Shown one piece after another: positions 10,289-20,636 of a stretch of 64,000 bases of DNA. The first letter of the stretch is position 1, and each line of letters starts with the position of its first letter. A program made the position numbers and the translations under genes. The notes beneath the pieces were generated by a model, which was not told the origin of the DNA, ran no database searches, and was given only the letters and a program-made list of their open reading frames with translations. The stretch covers positions 103,934 through 167,933 of the forward strand of contig DAZV01000036.1 in the NCBI GenBank assembly GCA_002083825.1, given 5' to 3'. This DNA comes from Candidatus Sericytochromatia bacterium S15B-MN24 CBMW_12 (GTDB lineage Bacteria; Cyanobacteriota; Sericytochromatia; S15B-MN24; UBA4093).

Positions 10289-11137
10289 TTGTCCCGCGTG
10301 GCCCTTGCCCAGATCGCGCCCGTTCTTGGCGATCTGGAAATCAATCTCAGGCTTCACCTTGAGCGCATTGAAGCGGCTCGCGCGCGAGGGGCTTCGCTAA
10401 TCGTCTTTCCTGAACTCTCGCTGACCGGGTATTTCCTGAAGGATCTCACCGGAGATGTCGCGATGCCCGAGGACCACCCGGTGCTCGCGGCAATCGCCGA
10501 GGCCAGCGCCAGTATCGACGTCGTCGCGGGCTACGTGGCGCTTGAAAACGATCTGGCCTACATCGCGGCGGGTTACTGGTCAAAAGGCCGGTTAATCCAT
10601 CGCCATCACAAGGCCTACCTCCCGACCTACGGCATGTTCGAGGAGGCCCGTTTCGTCACTCCCGGATCCCGCCTACGTGCCTTCGATGGCCCGCTTGGGC
10701 GCTCGGCCATGTTGATCTGCGAGGATCTCTGGCATCCCTCGACGGTCGGGATCGTCTCGGTGGACGGGGCCGACCTCTTGATAGCCATCGCGGCTTCCCC
10801 AGCCCGGGGTTTTCGGGGCGATCGCCCCGATAGCGCCCGAACCTACGAGCAAATGACCGAACTCTATGCCCGCCTTCACGGGCTCAACGTGATCTTCACC
10901 AACCGGGTAGGCTTCGAGGACGGCGTCGGCTTCTGGGGCGGCTCGCGCATCGTCGATCCCTTCGGATCCGAACTCGCCCGCGCGCCATACTTCGAGGAGG
11001 CCCTCGTCATCGCGGACCTCGACCTCACCGCCAGCCGTCGCGCCCACCAGCTCATGCCGCTGACGCGTGACGAGCGGCCAGACCTCACCCTCTCCGAGTT
11101 GCAAAGGATCCTCGCCAAGCGCGCCGAGCGCGACTGA
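10289..11137 (+). CDS. carbon-nitrogen hydrolase (nitrilase superfamily) protein
   Basis: Shows the Glu-Lys-Cys triad contexts FPELSLTGY, HHKAYLP and MLICEDLWHP. TTG start. Confidence 0.8.
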   Translation: MSRVALAQIAPVLGDLEINLRLHLERIEAARARGASLIVFPELSLTGYFLKDLTGDVAMPEDHPVLAAIAEASASIDVVAGYVALENDLAYIAAGYWSKGRLIHRHHKAYLPTYGMFEEARFVTPGSRLRAFDGPLGRSAMLICEDLWHPSTVGIVSVDGADLLIAIAASPARGFRGDRPDSARTYEQMTELYARLHGLNVIFTNRVGFEDGVGFWGGSRIVDPFGSELARAPYFEEALVIADLDLTASRRAHQLMPLTRDERPDLTLSELQRILAKRAERD

Positions 11138-11231
11138 TCATGTGCGTTCATCACATTATCTGACGCCGATCCGCTCTAAACTCGGTTTCACTGCATGTGC
11201 TGAGCACGGCTTTGCTGAAGGAGGTCCCTCG

Positions 11232-11651
11232 ATGGCATTCGACCCGGAGACTCCCGCGACGGCTCCGGCCTGGAATGGGCTGGAGAACGCCTACAAATCC
11301 AACGGACGGCTGAGCGAGGATAACCCCGAGATCGTCGCGATTTTCCAGCAACTCAAGAATCTCCGCGAGGCCGACCGAAGCCTGCGCTCCCTGCGCCGGA
11401 CCATGACCCTCGACAACATGCCCGTCCTCGAGCCGGTCATCGAGGAGGACGAGATGGAGGCCGTCGTCGAGGCTGCCGCCCCCGAAGCCCCGCGTAATGA
11501 CCTCGAGCAGCTCATCGAATCCTTCGTCGAGCTCAAGCACGAGAAGGCGACTCTCGAAGCCCGCTTCGCCAAGGTGCTGGACGCCGTCGACAACCTGCAG
11601 GAAACGGTCCAGAAGCAAGCCGCCGAGATCGAAAAGCTGCGAAACGCCTGA
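11232..11651 (+). CDS. hypothetical acidic coiled-coil protein
   Basis: ATG 11232 is preceded by GAAGGAGG. 139 aa starting MAFDPETPAT... and ending in a heptad-like stretch (LEARFAKVLDAVDNLQETVQKQAAEIEKLRNA). No family recognised. Confidence 0.5.
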   Translation: MAFDPETPATAPAWNGLENAYKSNGRLSEDNPEIVAIFQQLKNLREADRSLRSLRRTMTLDNMPVLEPVIEEDEMEAVVEAAAPEAPRNDLEQLIESFVELKHEKATLEARFAKVLDAVDNLQETVQKQAAEIEKLRNA

Positions 11652-11658
11652 GTCTTTC

Positions 11659-11688
11659 CGAAGCCCCCCGATGATTCGGGGGGCTTCG
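11659..11688 (+). terminator. GC-rich hairpin after the 11232..11651 gene
   Basis: CGAAGCCCCCCG / CGGGGGGCTTCG arms with a 6-nt loop (ATGATT), 8 nt after the stop. No U-tract. Confidence 0.4.
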
Positions 11689-11746
11689 CGCTGGACCGCC
11701 CCCCCGAGTTCCGTTACGATGACCCTCCAAGACGAAGGGAATACAC

Positions 11747-12733
11747 ATGGGCCGTCGCATCGATATTCACGTCCATCTCGCGGGAATCCACGGGGATGGT
11801 TCCGGCTGCTTCGTCTCCGAGCGCATGGGCCGGACCGTGACGTTTCGCGTCTTGATGCGCCTGATGGGGGCGGATGTGCGCAACCCCGTCGAGGCGAACA
11901 GCGCCTACATCCGACGCCTCGCCGGCTTGCTCGAGAGCTCCTCGGAACTCGACTACGCCTGCCTTTTTGCGATGGACGGCGTCTACGATTCCCACGGAGA
12001 GCTGATTCCGTGCGAGTCTCACCTCTTCGTACCGAACTCCTACGTCTTCGAGGTGAGCCGCCGAAGTCCCCAGTTCTTGCCAGTCATCTCGATCAACCCC
12101 CAGCGCCGCGATGCCGTGGCCGAGCTCGAACGCTGGGGAGATCTCGCGGTCGCCCTGAAGTGGCTGGCCCCGCTCCAGAAGTTCGATCCGTCCGAAGCCC
12201 GCTATGACGACTTTTACAAGAAACTCGGCGAGCTTGGGCTTCCCGTCATCGCCCACACCGGCTGCGAGCACACGTTTCCGGGCATGGAACAGAGCCTGGG
12301 CAATCCACTGCTCTACGAGCGCCTGGTGCGTCAAGGCGTGAGCGTCATCTTCAGTCACTGCGGCACGGGATCGTTTCTTCATCCCCGCCACGACTACTCC
12401 CGGGAGTTCGTTTCGATGCTGGAGAGGCATGAGAACGTCTACGGCGATACCTCCGCGTTCTGTTCGCTGGTCCGGTATCAACAAGTTAAGCGTTTTGCCG
12501 CGGATCGCTACGCTGGGAGGATCCTTCACGGTTCGGATTTCCCCATTCCGAGCAGCGCGCTCTACTTCCTGCCGGCGCTGGGATTCGGCAAGGTGCGCGA
12601 TCTGGAGCTTTCGCGTCATCCTCTGGACCGGGACGTCAGGATCAAAACGGCGATGGGAATGCCGGACTCGGTCTTCGAGGGGGCTTACAGCTTGCTCGAG
12701 AAACGAATCTTGCGCTGGGAAGCCTGTCGCTAG
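11747..12733 (+). CDS. amidohydrolase-family metal-dependent hydrolase (TIM barrel)
   Basis: N-terminal IDIHVHL (HxH), then VIAHTG and a late GSDFP Asp motif. Confidence 0.7.
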   Translation: MGRRIDIHVHLAGIHGDGSGCFVSERMGRTVTFRVLMRLMGADVRNPVEANSAYIRRLAGLLESSSELDYACLFAMDGVYDSHGELIPCESHLFVPNSYVFEVSRRSPQFLPVISINPQRRDAVAELERWGDLAVALKWLAPLQKFDPSEARYDDFYKKLGELGLPVIAHTGCEHTFPGMEQSLGNPLLYERLVRQGVSVIFSHCGTGSFLHPRHDYSREFVSMLERHENVYGDTSAFCSLVRYQQVKRFAADRYAGRILHGSDFPIPSSALYFLPALGFGKVRDLELSRHPLDRDVRIKTAMGMPDSVFEGAYSLLEKRILRWEACR

Positions 12734-12785
12734 AGCAAAGCTCGTTACGGCGTTCTCTCGCCTCCTTCCCAAACAGCCGCTGGCG

Positions 12786-14810
12786 CTAGTTGAGGGTGTC
12801 GAGAAGGTCGACGGCGGAGTCGAGCGGGGAGCTGCCGGGTGAAGGAGTGCCACCGCCTTCGGGCGGCACGCTGAGCAGGGGTACGTTCGCGGAGCCGCTG
12901 GCGGGCAAGGCTGAAGGTGGATGAGGAATTTCGGGCGGGGTGAAAGTCGAGGGCTTCGTATCCTTGAGGGCCACGCGCATGATCTTGTTCCAGATTGGCG
13001 CGCAAATGCCCCCGCCGGTGGTACCGCCGCGCATCTGGGAATTGTCGTCGTTGCCGACCCAAACCACGGCTACCAGGTCCGGCGTGTAGCCCACGAACCA
13101 GGCATCCCGGTGGTCGGACGTGGTTCCGGTCTTGCCGGCGGCCGGCCGGCCGATGTTTGCCGCAGCCCCCGTGCCCCAGCGAACCACGCCTTGAAGGACG
13201 TCGTTGAGGATTCGGACCGCGTTCTCGTCGTAGACCTTCTGGAGCTTGGCGGAGCGTTGCTCGACCAGGACACCGGAGCGATCCTCGACCCGGTGATAGG
13301 CCAGAGGCTCGGTGCGCCAGCCTTCGGTCGCGAAGACGCCGAACGCCGAGGCCATTTCGAGGGGAGTCACCTCGGACGTCCCGAGCGCCAGCGAGAGGTT
13401 GGGGCGGAGTTCGCTCTGTAGTCCAACCTCGTGAGCGGTCTCGATGACCTTCTCGATTCCGACGCGCTGCGCCAGTTTGACGGTGATGACGTTGTTCGAG
13501 CGCTCGAGCGCCTTTCGCAGTGGCATGGCGCCGGAATGCTTGCCGTCGTAGTTCTTTGGCGTCCAGGTCTGCCCGGCGCCGGCGTCAAACGAGACGGGCT
13601 CGTCGACCATGGTGGTCCAGGGCCAGATGCCGGCGTTGAAGGCCGTGAGGAAGACGAAGGGCTTGAAAGCGGATCCTGGCTGGCGATACGCCTGGACCAC
13701 CCGGTTGAACTTCGAGGTCTTGAAATCGGCGCCGCCGACCATGGCACGAATGTAGCCCGTCTTGGGGTCGAGCACCACGATGGCGCCCTGGCTGAAGTTT
13801 AGGCGCTTGCCGTGTTTCTGGATGCTTTCCTTGAGGAGCTTCTCGGCTTCTTGCTGGAGCGTGAGGTCCAAGGTGGAGTGAACCCTCAGGCCACCCTTCA
13901 TGACCGTGTCCTCGCCGTAGCGGTTGATGAGTTGCTGGATCAGGTAAGTGCTGAAGTAGGGGGCTCGGTAGGCGTAGCTGGTTTTTCCCGTCAGCTGGAT
14001 TTTCTGTTCCTTGGCGGCTTTGGCCTGGCGATCGGTGATGAAGCCTGCCTTGACCATGCGCTGAAGCGCTACGTTCTTGCCGTGTTCGGCGAGGTCCATG
14101 TTTCGGTAAGGCGAGTAGCGCTCGGGGCCACGCAGCAAGTAGGCGAGCATGGCGCTTTCGGCGAGACTGAGATCCTGGGTGTGCTTGCCGAAGTAGTTGA
14201 GGCCGGCGGCCTCGATCCCGTAGGTATTATGCCCCCAGTAGACCTGATTGAGGTAGAGTTCCAGGATCTGGTCCTTGGAGTAGCGCTGCTCGATCTGGAT
14301 GGCGAGCCATGCTTCGGCGAGCTTGCGGGTCACGTTCTTGGAACGGTCGAGGAAGAGGTTTTTTGCGAGCTGCTGGGTGAGGGTGCTGCCCCCTTGAACC
14401 GAGCCGCCTTCGGCGATGTCGGTGAGAAGGGCGCGCATCATGCCGCGCGGGCTGATCCCGCGATGCTGGTAGAAGCGGTCGTCCTCGACCGCGATGATCG
14501 CCTGCTGGAGATGCTTGGGGATGTATCCTAGGGGAACGACGACCCGGTTTTCCTCGCCGTGAAGGTTGGCGACGAGTTTGCCCTTGGCGTCGTAGATCTT
14601 GGAGGTTTCAAAGGGGACGTAGCCTTCCAGGGAGCTCACGTCCGGCAATCCCGAAAGGGCCAAGGCCAGACCTATCGCGGCGCCCAGGCCGGCAATACCG
14701 GCCTGGGCGAGGGCGAAGGACGCGACCTCACGTCCCTTCTGAGCGGGCGTGAGTGCGGGGCGCACCTTGGGATCTTTCGGCCTGGCGGGCCGGGGCGGTG
14801 GGGTTGACAC
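12786..14810 (-). CDS. class A penicillin-binding protein (glycosyltransferase GT51 + transpeptidase)
   Basis: GT51 motifs EDDRFYQHRGI and GGSTLTQQLAKN. Transpeptidase motifs SAFK, SNN and KTGTT. N-terminal TM anchor. GTG start. Confidence 0.9.
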   Translation of the reverse strand: MSTPPPRPARPKDPKVRPALTPAQKGREVASFALAQAGIAGLGAAIGLALALSGLPDVSSLEGYVPFETSKIYDAKGKLVANLHGEENRVVVPLGYIPKHLQQAIIAVEDDRFYQHRGISPRGMMRALLTDIAEGGSVQGGSTLTQQLAKNLFLDRSKNVTRKLAEAWLAIQIEQRYSKDQILELYLNQVYWGHNTYGIEAAGLNYFGKHTQDLSLAESAMLAYLLRGPERYSPYRNMDLAEHGKNVALQRMVKAGFITDRQAKAAKEQKIQLTGKTSYAYRAPYFSTYLIQQLINRYGEDTVMKGGLRVHSTLDLTLQQEAEKLLKESIQKHGKRLNFSQGAIVVLDPKTGYIRAMVGGADFKTSKFNRVVQAYRQPGSAFKPFVFLTAFNAGIWPWTTMVDEPVSFDAGAGQTWTPKNYDGKHSGAMPLRKALERSNNVITVKLAQRVGIEKVIETAHEVGLQSELRPNLSLALGTSEVTPLEMASAFGVFATEGWRTEPLAYHRVEDRSGVLVEQRSAKLQKVYDENAVRILNDVLQGVVRWGTGAAANIGRPAAGKTGTTSDHRDAWFVGYTPDLVAVVWVGNDDNSQMRGGTTGGGICAPIWNKIMRVALKDTKPSTFTPPEIPHPPSALPASGSANVPLLSVPPEGGGTPSPGSSPLDSAVDLLDTLN

Positions 14811-14817
14811 GGAAGGC

Positions 14818-15591
14818 TTAGGCGAGCGCGGCTCGTAGGAGCTGGTCCATGGCCCGAGACGCCTTCGCCGCGACGTCCACGACTTCCATGTGGGAGGTGG
14901 TGGCTTGGGTCTCCGCGGTGGTGGCGATGTTGGTGATGCAGGAGATGGCGATCACCGAGAGGCCCTTCGACGCCGCGTAAGCAGCCTCGGGAACCGTTGA
15001 CATGCCCACGGCGTCTGCGCCGATCCGCTGCAGCCACGTGATCTCCGCGGGGGTTTCGTAGGAAGGCCCCAGCAGGCCGACGTAGGTGCCCCGGCGCAAG
15101 GTGAAGGAAGCATTGTCCCGAGCCCAGGCCGCCAGGCGCTCGCGCCAGGCCGGATCATAAATTTCGGCGGGCGTGAGCGCCTGCTCGGCTTCGGCGCCTT
15201 GGACTCCCATGAGGTTGAGGTGATCGTCGATCAGCATCAGGTCGCCGGCGACCCAGTCGCGCAGGCCTCCGGCCGCGTTGGTGAGAATGATCCGGCGAAT
15301 GCCAATCTGCTCGAAGAGTCGCATGATGGCGGTCGCCGATTCGAGAGGATGGCCTTCATAGAGGTGGAAACGGCCGCGGGCAATCGCGATAACCGGGCCA
15401 CCGGGAACCCTCCCGACCGTCAAGACGCCGGCATGGCCTGCGACGGTCGTCTCCGGAAGCCCAGGAATCTCGCTGTAAGGGATGTCCAGGCGATCTTCGA
15501 GGTCTTCGAGCACCACGATGCCGGATCCCAGGACGATTCCCACTTCGGGAACAACCGGCAGGGAGGGCAGGAGGGAGGTGTTTGCGGTCAC
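14818..15591 (-). CDS. purine nucleoside phosphorylase family protein (PunA/MTAP type)
   Basis: Contains GIVLGSG...VAGHAGVL...GRFHLYEG...ILTNAAGGL...MSTVPE, the PNP/MTAP family pattern. GTG start overlaps the upstream stop (GTGA). Confidence 0.8.
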   Translation of the reverse strand: MTANTSLLPSLPVVPEVGIVLGSGIVVLEDLEDRLDIPYSEIPGLPETTVAGHAGVLTVGRVPGGPVIAIARGRFHLYEGHPLESATAIMRLFEQIGIRRIILTNAAGGLRDWVAGDLMLIDDHLNLMGVQGAEAEQALTPAEIYDPAWRERLAAWARDNASFTLRRGTYVGLLGPSYETPAEITWLQRIGADAVGMSTVPEAAYAASKGLSVIAISCITNIATTAETQATTSHMEVVDVAAKASRAMDQLLRAALA

Positions 15592-16169
15592 GGGGCGGAT
15601 CTCCTCTCGGGGTCATCGTCGCGAATCGGGCGGGAAGTCCAGATCGCTTCGGCGGCGGTCAGGTTTTTCAGGTGTTCGTACTGGTGGATGAACATTCCCT
15701 CGATCTGGCGCATGGCCCGACGCAGGGGAATCGATTCCGGTGAGATGGGGGTCACCAGGATGGGATGCGCTCCGAGGCGGTTCCCTCCCAGCACATCGGT
15801 GAAGAGTTGATCGCCCACGATGGCCACCTCGCTCGCTGCGAGGTTCATCGCGACGAGCGCCTGGCGAAAGCCCTTGCGGCGAGGTTTGAAGGCCTGGTAA
15901 AGAAAGGGAAGGTCCAGGTCCTCGGCTACGCGCTTCACGCGCTCCGCGGAGTTGTTGTTGGAGACGATGTAGAGATCGAACTCGGCGCGGATCGCCCCGA
16001 TCCATTGCCGGATCTGGTCGGGGGCGGTATGGGAGATGGCCGTCACCAGGGTTTCGTCGAGATCGAGGATCAGGCCTCGGATTCCGTGGGATCTCAGGTA
16101 CTCCGGCGAGATCTCGGTTACCGAGCCCACCCAGGCCCTCGGGACCAGGAATGAAAATGGATTGGTCAT
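15588..16169 (-). CDS. YqeG-family HAD phosphatase
   Basis: HAD motif I LDLDETLV, then VSNN, then GDQLFTDVLGGN. Size and order are typical of the YqeG subfamily. Confidence 0.8.
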   Translation of the reverse strand: MTNPFSFLVPRAWVGSVTEISPEYLRSHGIRGLILDLDETLVTAISHTAPDQIRQWIGAIRAEFDLYIVSNNNSAERVKRVAEDLDLPFLYQAFKPRRKGFRQALVAMNLAASEVAIVGDQLFTDVLGGNRLGAHPILVTPISPESIPLRRAMRQIEGMFIHQYEHLKNLTAAEAIWTSRPIRDDDPERRSAP

Positions 16170-16229
16170 AGTCTCATCTTACCACTGATCCTGCGACGGG
16201 AATTGCTCAACGTGCCGCCAACACCGGCG

Positions 16230-17252
16230 CTACCGCCGACGAATCCGCCGTTGGGCCGCGAGGTGGTCGGCATAGCTCTTCGTGAAAACATGGGTGCCGT
16301 CCCCACGGGCCACGAAATAGAGCATGGACGTCTCCTGGGGGCTCATGGTCGCCCGCAGACTCGCCAAGCCGGGGTTGGCGATGGGACCCGGCGGAAGCCC
16401 CGCGTTGCGATACGTGTTGTAGGGCGAATTCACCTTCACGTCCTTGAAACTCAGCCCTCTGGATCCCTGCTTCCAGCCGAGCGCGTACTCGACGGTGGGA
16501 TCCGATCCCAGTGGCATGCGAAGTTCGAGGCGATTGTGGAAGACCCCCGCGATGAGTGGCCGCTCGCTCGGCGCCTGCGCCTCCAGCTCCACGATGGAGG
16601 CCAAGGTGACCGTCCGGAACAGATCCATCGAAGGATTCGAGGCTGACTTCCAGGCCTTGAGCCCCACCTGCTCGAAGCGGGAAAGCATCAGGGCGATCAG
16701 GGCCTCCTCGGGAATCTGCTTCCCCCCGTACTCGTAAGTATCCGGGAATAGAAAACCTTCCAGCGTGGCCTCTGCGGGAAGCGTCGAAAGCCAGGTGAAG
16801 CGCTCGGCGAAGCGAGACGGATCGGCGGCCAGCTCCAGGAAACGATCGGCCGAACCGATGCCCTGCTCCTCGATTACCTTGGCCATCTGGCGGACGGAGT
16901 AGCCCTCGGGGAAGGTCAGCTGCCTCTGTTCGGCCTTGCCCTGCACCATCCAGCGGAGAATTTCACGGGTACTCATGGCGGGGGTCAGCGCGTAGAAGCC
17001 CGCCTTGATTCGGCTCTCGCTGCCCGTGAGCTTGGCCAACAGCCGAAACGACCATGCGCTACGGATGAGGCGCTGGGACTGCAAGCTCTGAGCGACGCTT
17101 CTGACGCTGCTCCCGCTTTCGACCGTGAACAAGCGCGTCGGCGAATCGGCACTCCCCACCGGCAACATGCCGATGACCGACGCGCCGAGGAGCATGCTGA
17201 CGGCGAGTCCGGCAGCGATCAAGATTTTGCGACGCGAGTCGAGCCAGGCCAC
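16230..17252 (-). CDS. mltG: endolytic murein transglycosylase MltG (YceG-like)
   Basis: N-terminal TM helix followed by a YceG-like body (AGFYAL..., LASIVELEA, SPYNTYRNAGLPPGPI). GTG start after GGAGG. Confidence 0.88.
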   Translation of the reverse strand: MAWLDSRRKILIAAGLAVSMLLGASVIGMLPVGSADSPTRLFTVESGSSVRSVAQSLQSQRLIRSAWSFRLLAKLTGSESRIKAGFYALTPAMSTREILRWMVQGKAEQRQLTFPEGYSVRQMAKVIEEQGIGSADRFLELAADPSRFAERFTWLSTLPAEATLEGFLFPDTYEYGGKQIPEEALIALMLSRFEQVGLKAWKSASNPSMDLFRTVTLASIVELEAQAPSERPLIAGVFHNRLELRMPLGSDPTVEYALGWKQGSRGLSFKDVKVNSPYNTYRNAGLPPGPIANPGLASLRATMSPQETSMLYFVARGDGTHVFTKSYADHLAAQRRIRRR

Positions 17253-17264
17253 GAGCGGAGCCTC

Positions 17265-19283
17265 CTAGCCCAAGGGGTCGATAATGCGGCCGCTAAAGAT
17301 CTCGGCGGCCTTGCCGATCACGTCGTCCGTGACGCGAAGGGGCGAGCGATCCGCGATCCCGGAGGCGAGGGGTACGCCGAGCGAAAGATCGTCTGCTGAG
17401 CTGGAGGTGGTCTCCGGCCAAGCGTCGGCGTCGTCGGGCTCGCGGACCGGGGCCTCGAACTCCGTGGGGCCGGCAGACGGGGCGGGAACCTGATCGATGG
17501 CTAGAGGGCGGACCGCCTCGGCAGGGATGGGTTCAGCGGCAAGAGTCGCCTGGGGCACGGCCGGTGGGACGGCGCGCTGGGCGGATGCTTGGATACCGGA
17601 CGAAGGACCGTTCGAGACGGGCGGGGCGGCCGGAACGGGTGTTGGGACTTCAGTTGTCGGCGCGGGGACGGCGCCGTCGAAGGTGAGCTGGAAGCGCACG
17701 TCGGCCCCGAAGGTCGCTCGGACAGCCTTGTCGATGTAGGCTCGCCGGTCCTGCTTTTCGAAAAACATCTTGAAGTTGGGCTTGATCCCGACCGTCACGA
17801 CCTCGGCCTCGAACCGCGCGAAGACTCCGTGCTGGGCCAGCAGGCTTCCCGTGCTGCGATGAACGCGGTTGACCCCGTCGATCACCTTTCCGAGGACATC
17901 CGCGGCACCGGCGGGCAACAGTGCCGCCATCGGCAAGAGGGTCGCAGCGACCGGATCTTCCCGGGAAGGGAGGTCGCGGGCGGGCTCCACGCGCGGCGCG
18001 GGAGCGGGAAGACTGGCAGGTGCGCTGGAGGGAGGCGCGGGGGCGGGACGTGCGGGAGCGGCCTCGCGGAGGGGGGGCCGAGAGTTACCATGCGAGAGCG
18101 CGGCGATTCGTTCTTCGAGTTCGTTGACCCGGTCGGTGAGGGCCTTGATCGAGGGGACGTCGTCGCGGCTGGCAAGCCTGATGGCCGCGATTTCCAGCCA
18201 GATGGTCATCTGGTGAGAGCCCTTGAGCAGGCCTTCGGTCTCCCTCAGGACCTCGAGCGAGTAAAGGACCTCGCTCGCGCTGAAGCGTGCCGTGAGGGGC
18301 CGGAGGCCGTCAAGCAGCCAGGAGGGGACTTCCAGCGCGGCCGCGCGGTCGCCTGCCATCTGGAGGAGCATGAGATGGCGGTAGAGCTCCATCCATTCGC
18401 GAAGAACGGCATGATGGTCGTATCCGCGGGCCAGCAGGGACTGGATCACCGCGATGGCCTCCGCCGGCAGCCTATCGGCCAGAGCCTTGCCGAGTCCGAG
18501 GACGGCCTCGGCGGACATCAAGCCGAGTGCATCGAAGATGTCCTCGGTGGTGATCGTCCGCGAACCGGTCGAGATCACCTGATCCAGCAGGGATAGGGCA
18601 TCGCGCAGGCCACCGTCGGCGCGCTTGGCGAGCGCCTCGATTCCGGCGCGTTCTACCGAGACGTTCTCCTGCTGGGCGATCGCTTCGACATGAGCCACCA
18701 TGGCGCCGAAGGGAATCCGCTGGAAATCGAAGCGCTGGCAGCGAGAGATGACGGTGGGAAGAACCTTGTGGATGTCCGTCGTGGCCAGGATGAAGACCAG
18801 GTTCGGCGGCGGTTCCTCGATGGTCTTGAGCAAGGCGTTGAATGCCGCGTTGCTCAGCATGTGGACCTCGTCGATGATGTAGACCTTGTAGCGACCCAGC
18901 ACCGGAGCGAAGCGAACCTTCTCGCGGAGGTCGCGGGCATCGTCGACGCCATTATTCGACGCCGCGTCGATCTCGATCACATCGACGAACGACCCTTCGG
19001 TGATACTCTTGCACGCATGACAGGCCGCAGCCATGCTCTCCGGATCGTCGCGGCGCACCACGCAGGGGTTCGGAGTGGGCCCATGGGCGCAGTTCAGGGC
19101 CTTGGCCAGGATCCTCGCGCTCGACGTCTTACCGGTGCCCCGGGGTCCCGTGAAGAGGTAAGCATGGGCAATTTTCCCGCCGAGAATGGCGTTGCCAAGG
19201 GTGCTGGAAATATGCTCCTGACCCACGAGGTCGGAGAAGGTCTGGGGACGGTGCTTGCGGTAGAGTGCCTGACGTTCGGTCAT
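17265..19283 (-). CDS. dnaX: DNA polymerase III subunit gamma/tau
   Basis: Walker A GPRGTGKTS, Cys-rich zinc module, VISRCQRF sensor motif, and a long Pro/Ala-rich tau-type C-terminal region. Confidence 0.92.
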   Translation of the reverse strand: MTERQALYRKHRPQTFSDLVGQEHISSTLGNAILGGKIAHAYLFTGPRGTGKTSSARILAKALNCAHGPTPNPCVVRRDDPESMAAACHACKSITEGSFVDVIEIDAASNNGVDDARDLREKVRFAPVLGRYKVYIIDEVHMLSNAAFNALLKTIEEPPPNLVFILATTDIHKVLPTVISRCQRFDFQRIPFGAMVAHVEAIAQQENVSVERAGIEALAKRADGGLRDALSLLDQVISTGSRTITTEDIFDALGLMSAEAVLGLGKALADRLPAEAIAVIQSLLARGYDHHAVLREWMELYRHLMLLQMAGDRAAALEVPSWLLDGLRPLTARFSASEVLYSLEVLRETEGLLKGSHQMTIWLEIAAIRLASRDDVPSIKALTDRVNELEERIAALSHGNSRPPLREAAPARPAPAPPSSAPASLPAPAPRVEPARDLPSREDPVAATLLPMAALLPAGAADVLGKVIDGVNRVHRSTGSLLAQHGVFARFEAEVVTVGIKPNFKMFFEKQDRRAYIDKAVRATFGADVRFQLTFDGAVPAPTTEVPTPVPAAPPVSNGPSSGIQASAQRAVPPAVPQATLAAEPIPAEAVRPLAIDQVPAPSAGPTEFEAPVREPDDADAWPETTSSSADDLSLGVPLASGIADRSPLRVTDDVIGKAAEIFSGRIIDPLG

Positions 19284-19352
19284 GCTGCGAATTATACCAC
19301 GCGGCGTTTGACCCGGTCGCCTTGAAGTTTTGTCTCACGAGGGCCTAACGGG

Positions 19353-20636
19353 TTGATTATCCCCCAACTGTCTGCCACCATGATGGCCGAGGAAGTACCA
19401 TTGCCGCCGAGCGCCGCCGAAATCGTTCCAGCCCCCCCGCTGCCGCTGGCGGATCAGCCGTCGCCGCAGGCGGTCGTGATGCTGCTCTTCACGGCCTACG
19501 TCCTCCTGCCCCTCTCCTCGGCTCTCAGCGCCGTCCTCGTCCTCATCGCCTCGGGCTGGCTCTTTGCCTGGCGCCGGAAACGCAGCCTTCCCGCCGTTCC
19601 CGTCGCCTCGCGACTCTGGCTTTTTCTGCTAGCCGCGGTCGGCCTCTCGGCACTCTTCGCCGTCAACAAGCCTGATAGCTGGATCGGTCTCGTGATCACC
19701 GGGGCCTACCTGATCGTCATCTGGGTGACCGTCGCCGCCCTCGATACCCCCGAACGCTACTGGCAAGGCATGCGCTTGATCTTCTGGGGATCCGTGGCCT
19801 GGGCCGCCGTCGGGATCGTCATCTCGCTCGCACGCTTCCAGTGGAACTTCAACTCCGCGGGCATCATCATCACGATCGGCACCTGGGATCACCGGGCCAA
19901 TTCCATCTTCATGCACCCCAACATGCTCGCCGGCTACTTGCTCCTGACCGTGGGCATCGGCATCGCCCTCCGAACCCGGGAGGGCTTCGCCCGCCGCTGG
20001 CGCTACAACTCGGGACTCGCCATCGTCCTCCTCTGCCAGCTCCTCACCCAATCCCGCTCGGGCTGGATCGGCACCTTCGTCGCCATCCTGCTCGCAGGCT
20101 TGCTCGTCGATCGCCGACTCCTGATCAAGTCCGCCCTCGCCTTCGGTGTCGGACTCCTCTTCTTCTATCAGATGGTCTGGAACCGCCTGCTCACGCTGGG
20201 CGCTTCCGAGTTCGGCAGCAACCTCAACCGGATAAGGGTCTGGAACAGCGCGTGGCAAATGATCCTGGACCGCCCCTTCTTCGGCTTCGGGCCCGGCTCA
20301 TGGCGCCAGGTCTATCCGGCGTTTCGCGATCCGCTCGAATGGGAGAACTTGCCGCATGCCCATTCCTTCTTCCTTCACCTGGGAGCCGAATACGGGCTGT
20401 CGATGCTCACCGCCTTGCTGCTGCTCATCGGGATCTACAGCGTCCGAAGCATCCGAGACTCCTGGAACACGCCCTGGAGAGACGCCTCGCTCGCACTGTC
20501 CTTCGGCGTCATCGGCTACCTGATGCTGGGAGCCTTCGAGTTCATCTTCTCGGAAGGCAGGAACAGCATCCTCTTCTTCACCCTGCTGGGCTTCCTGGCA
20601 GCGACGAGACGCTTCGCCAACGCTCCGTCGTCCTGA
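19353..20636 (+). CDS. O-antigen ligase / Wzy_C-family polytopic membrane protein
   Basis: About 10 hydrophobic segments and a central loop RANSIFMHPNMLAGYL ... QSRSGWIG typical of Wzy_C/O-antigen ligase proteins. TTG start; ATG 19380 is the alternative. Confidence 0.75.
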   Translation: MIIPQLSATMMAEEVPLPPSAAEIVPAPPLPLADQPSPQAVVMLLFTAYVLLPLSSALSAVLVLIASGWLFAWRRKRSLPAVPVASRLWLFLLAAVGLSALFAVNKPDSWIGLVITGAYLIVIWVTVAALDTPERYWQGMRLIFWGSVAWAAVGIVISLARFQWNFNSAGIIITIGTWDHRANSIFMHPNMLAGYLLLTVGIGIALRTREGFARRWRYNSGLAIVLLCQLLTQSRSGWIGTFVAILLAGLLVDRRLLIKSALAFGVGLLFFYQMVWNRLLTLGASEFGSNLNRIRVWNSAWQMILDRPFFGFGPGSWRQVYPAFRDPLEWENLPHAHSFFLHLGAEYGLSMLTALLLLIGIYSVRSIRDSWNTPWRDASLALSFGVIGYLMLGAFEFIFSEGRNSILFFTLLGFLAATRRFANAPSS

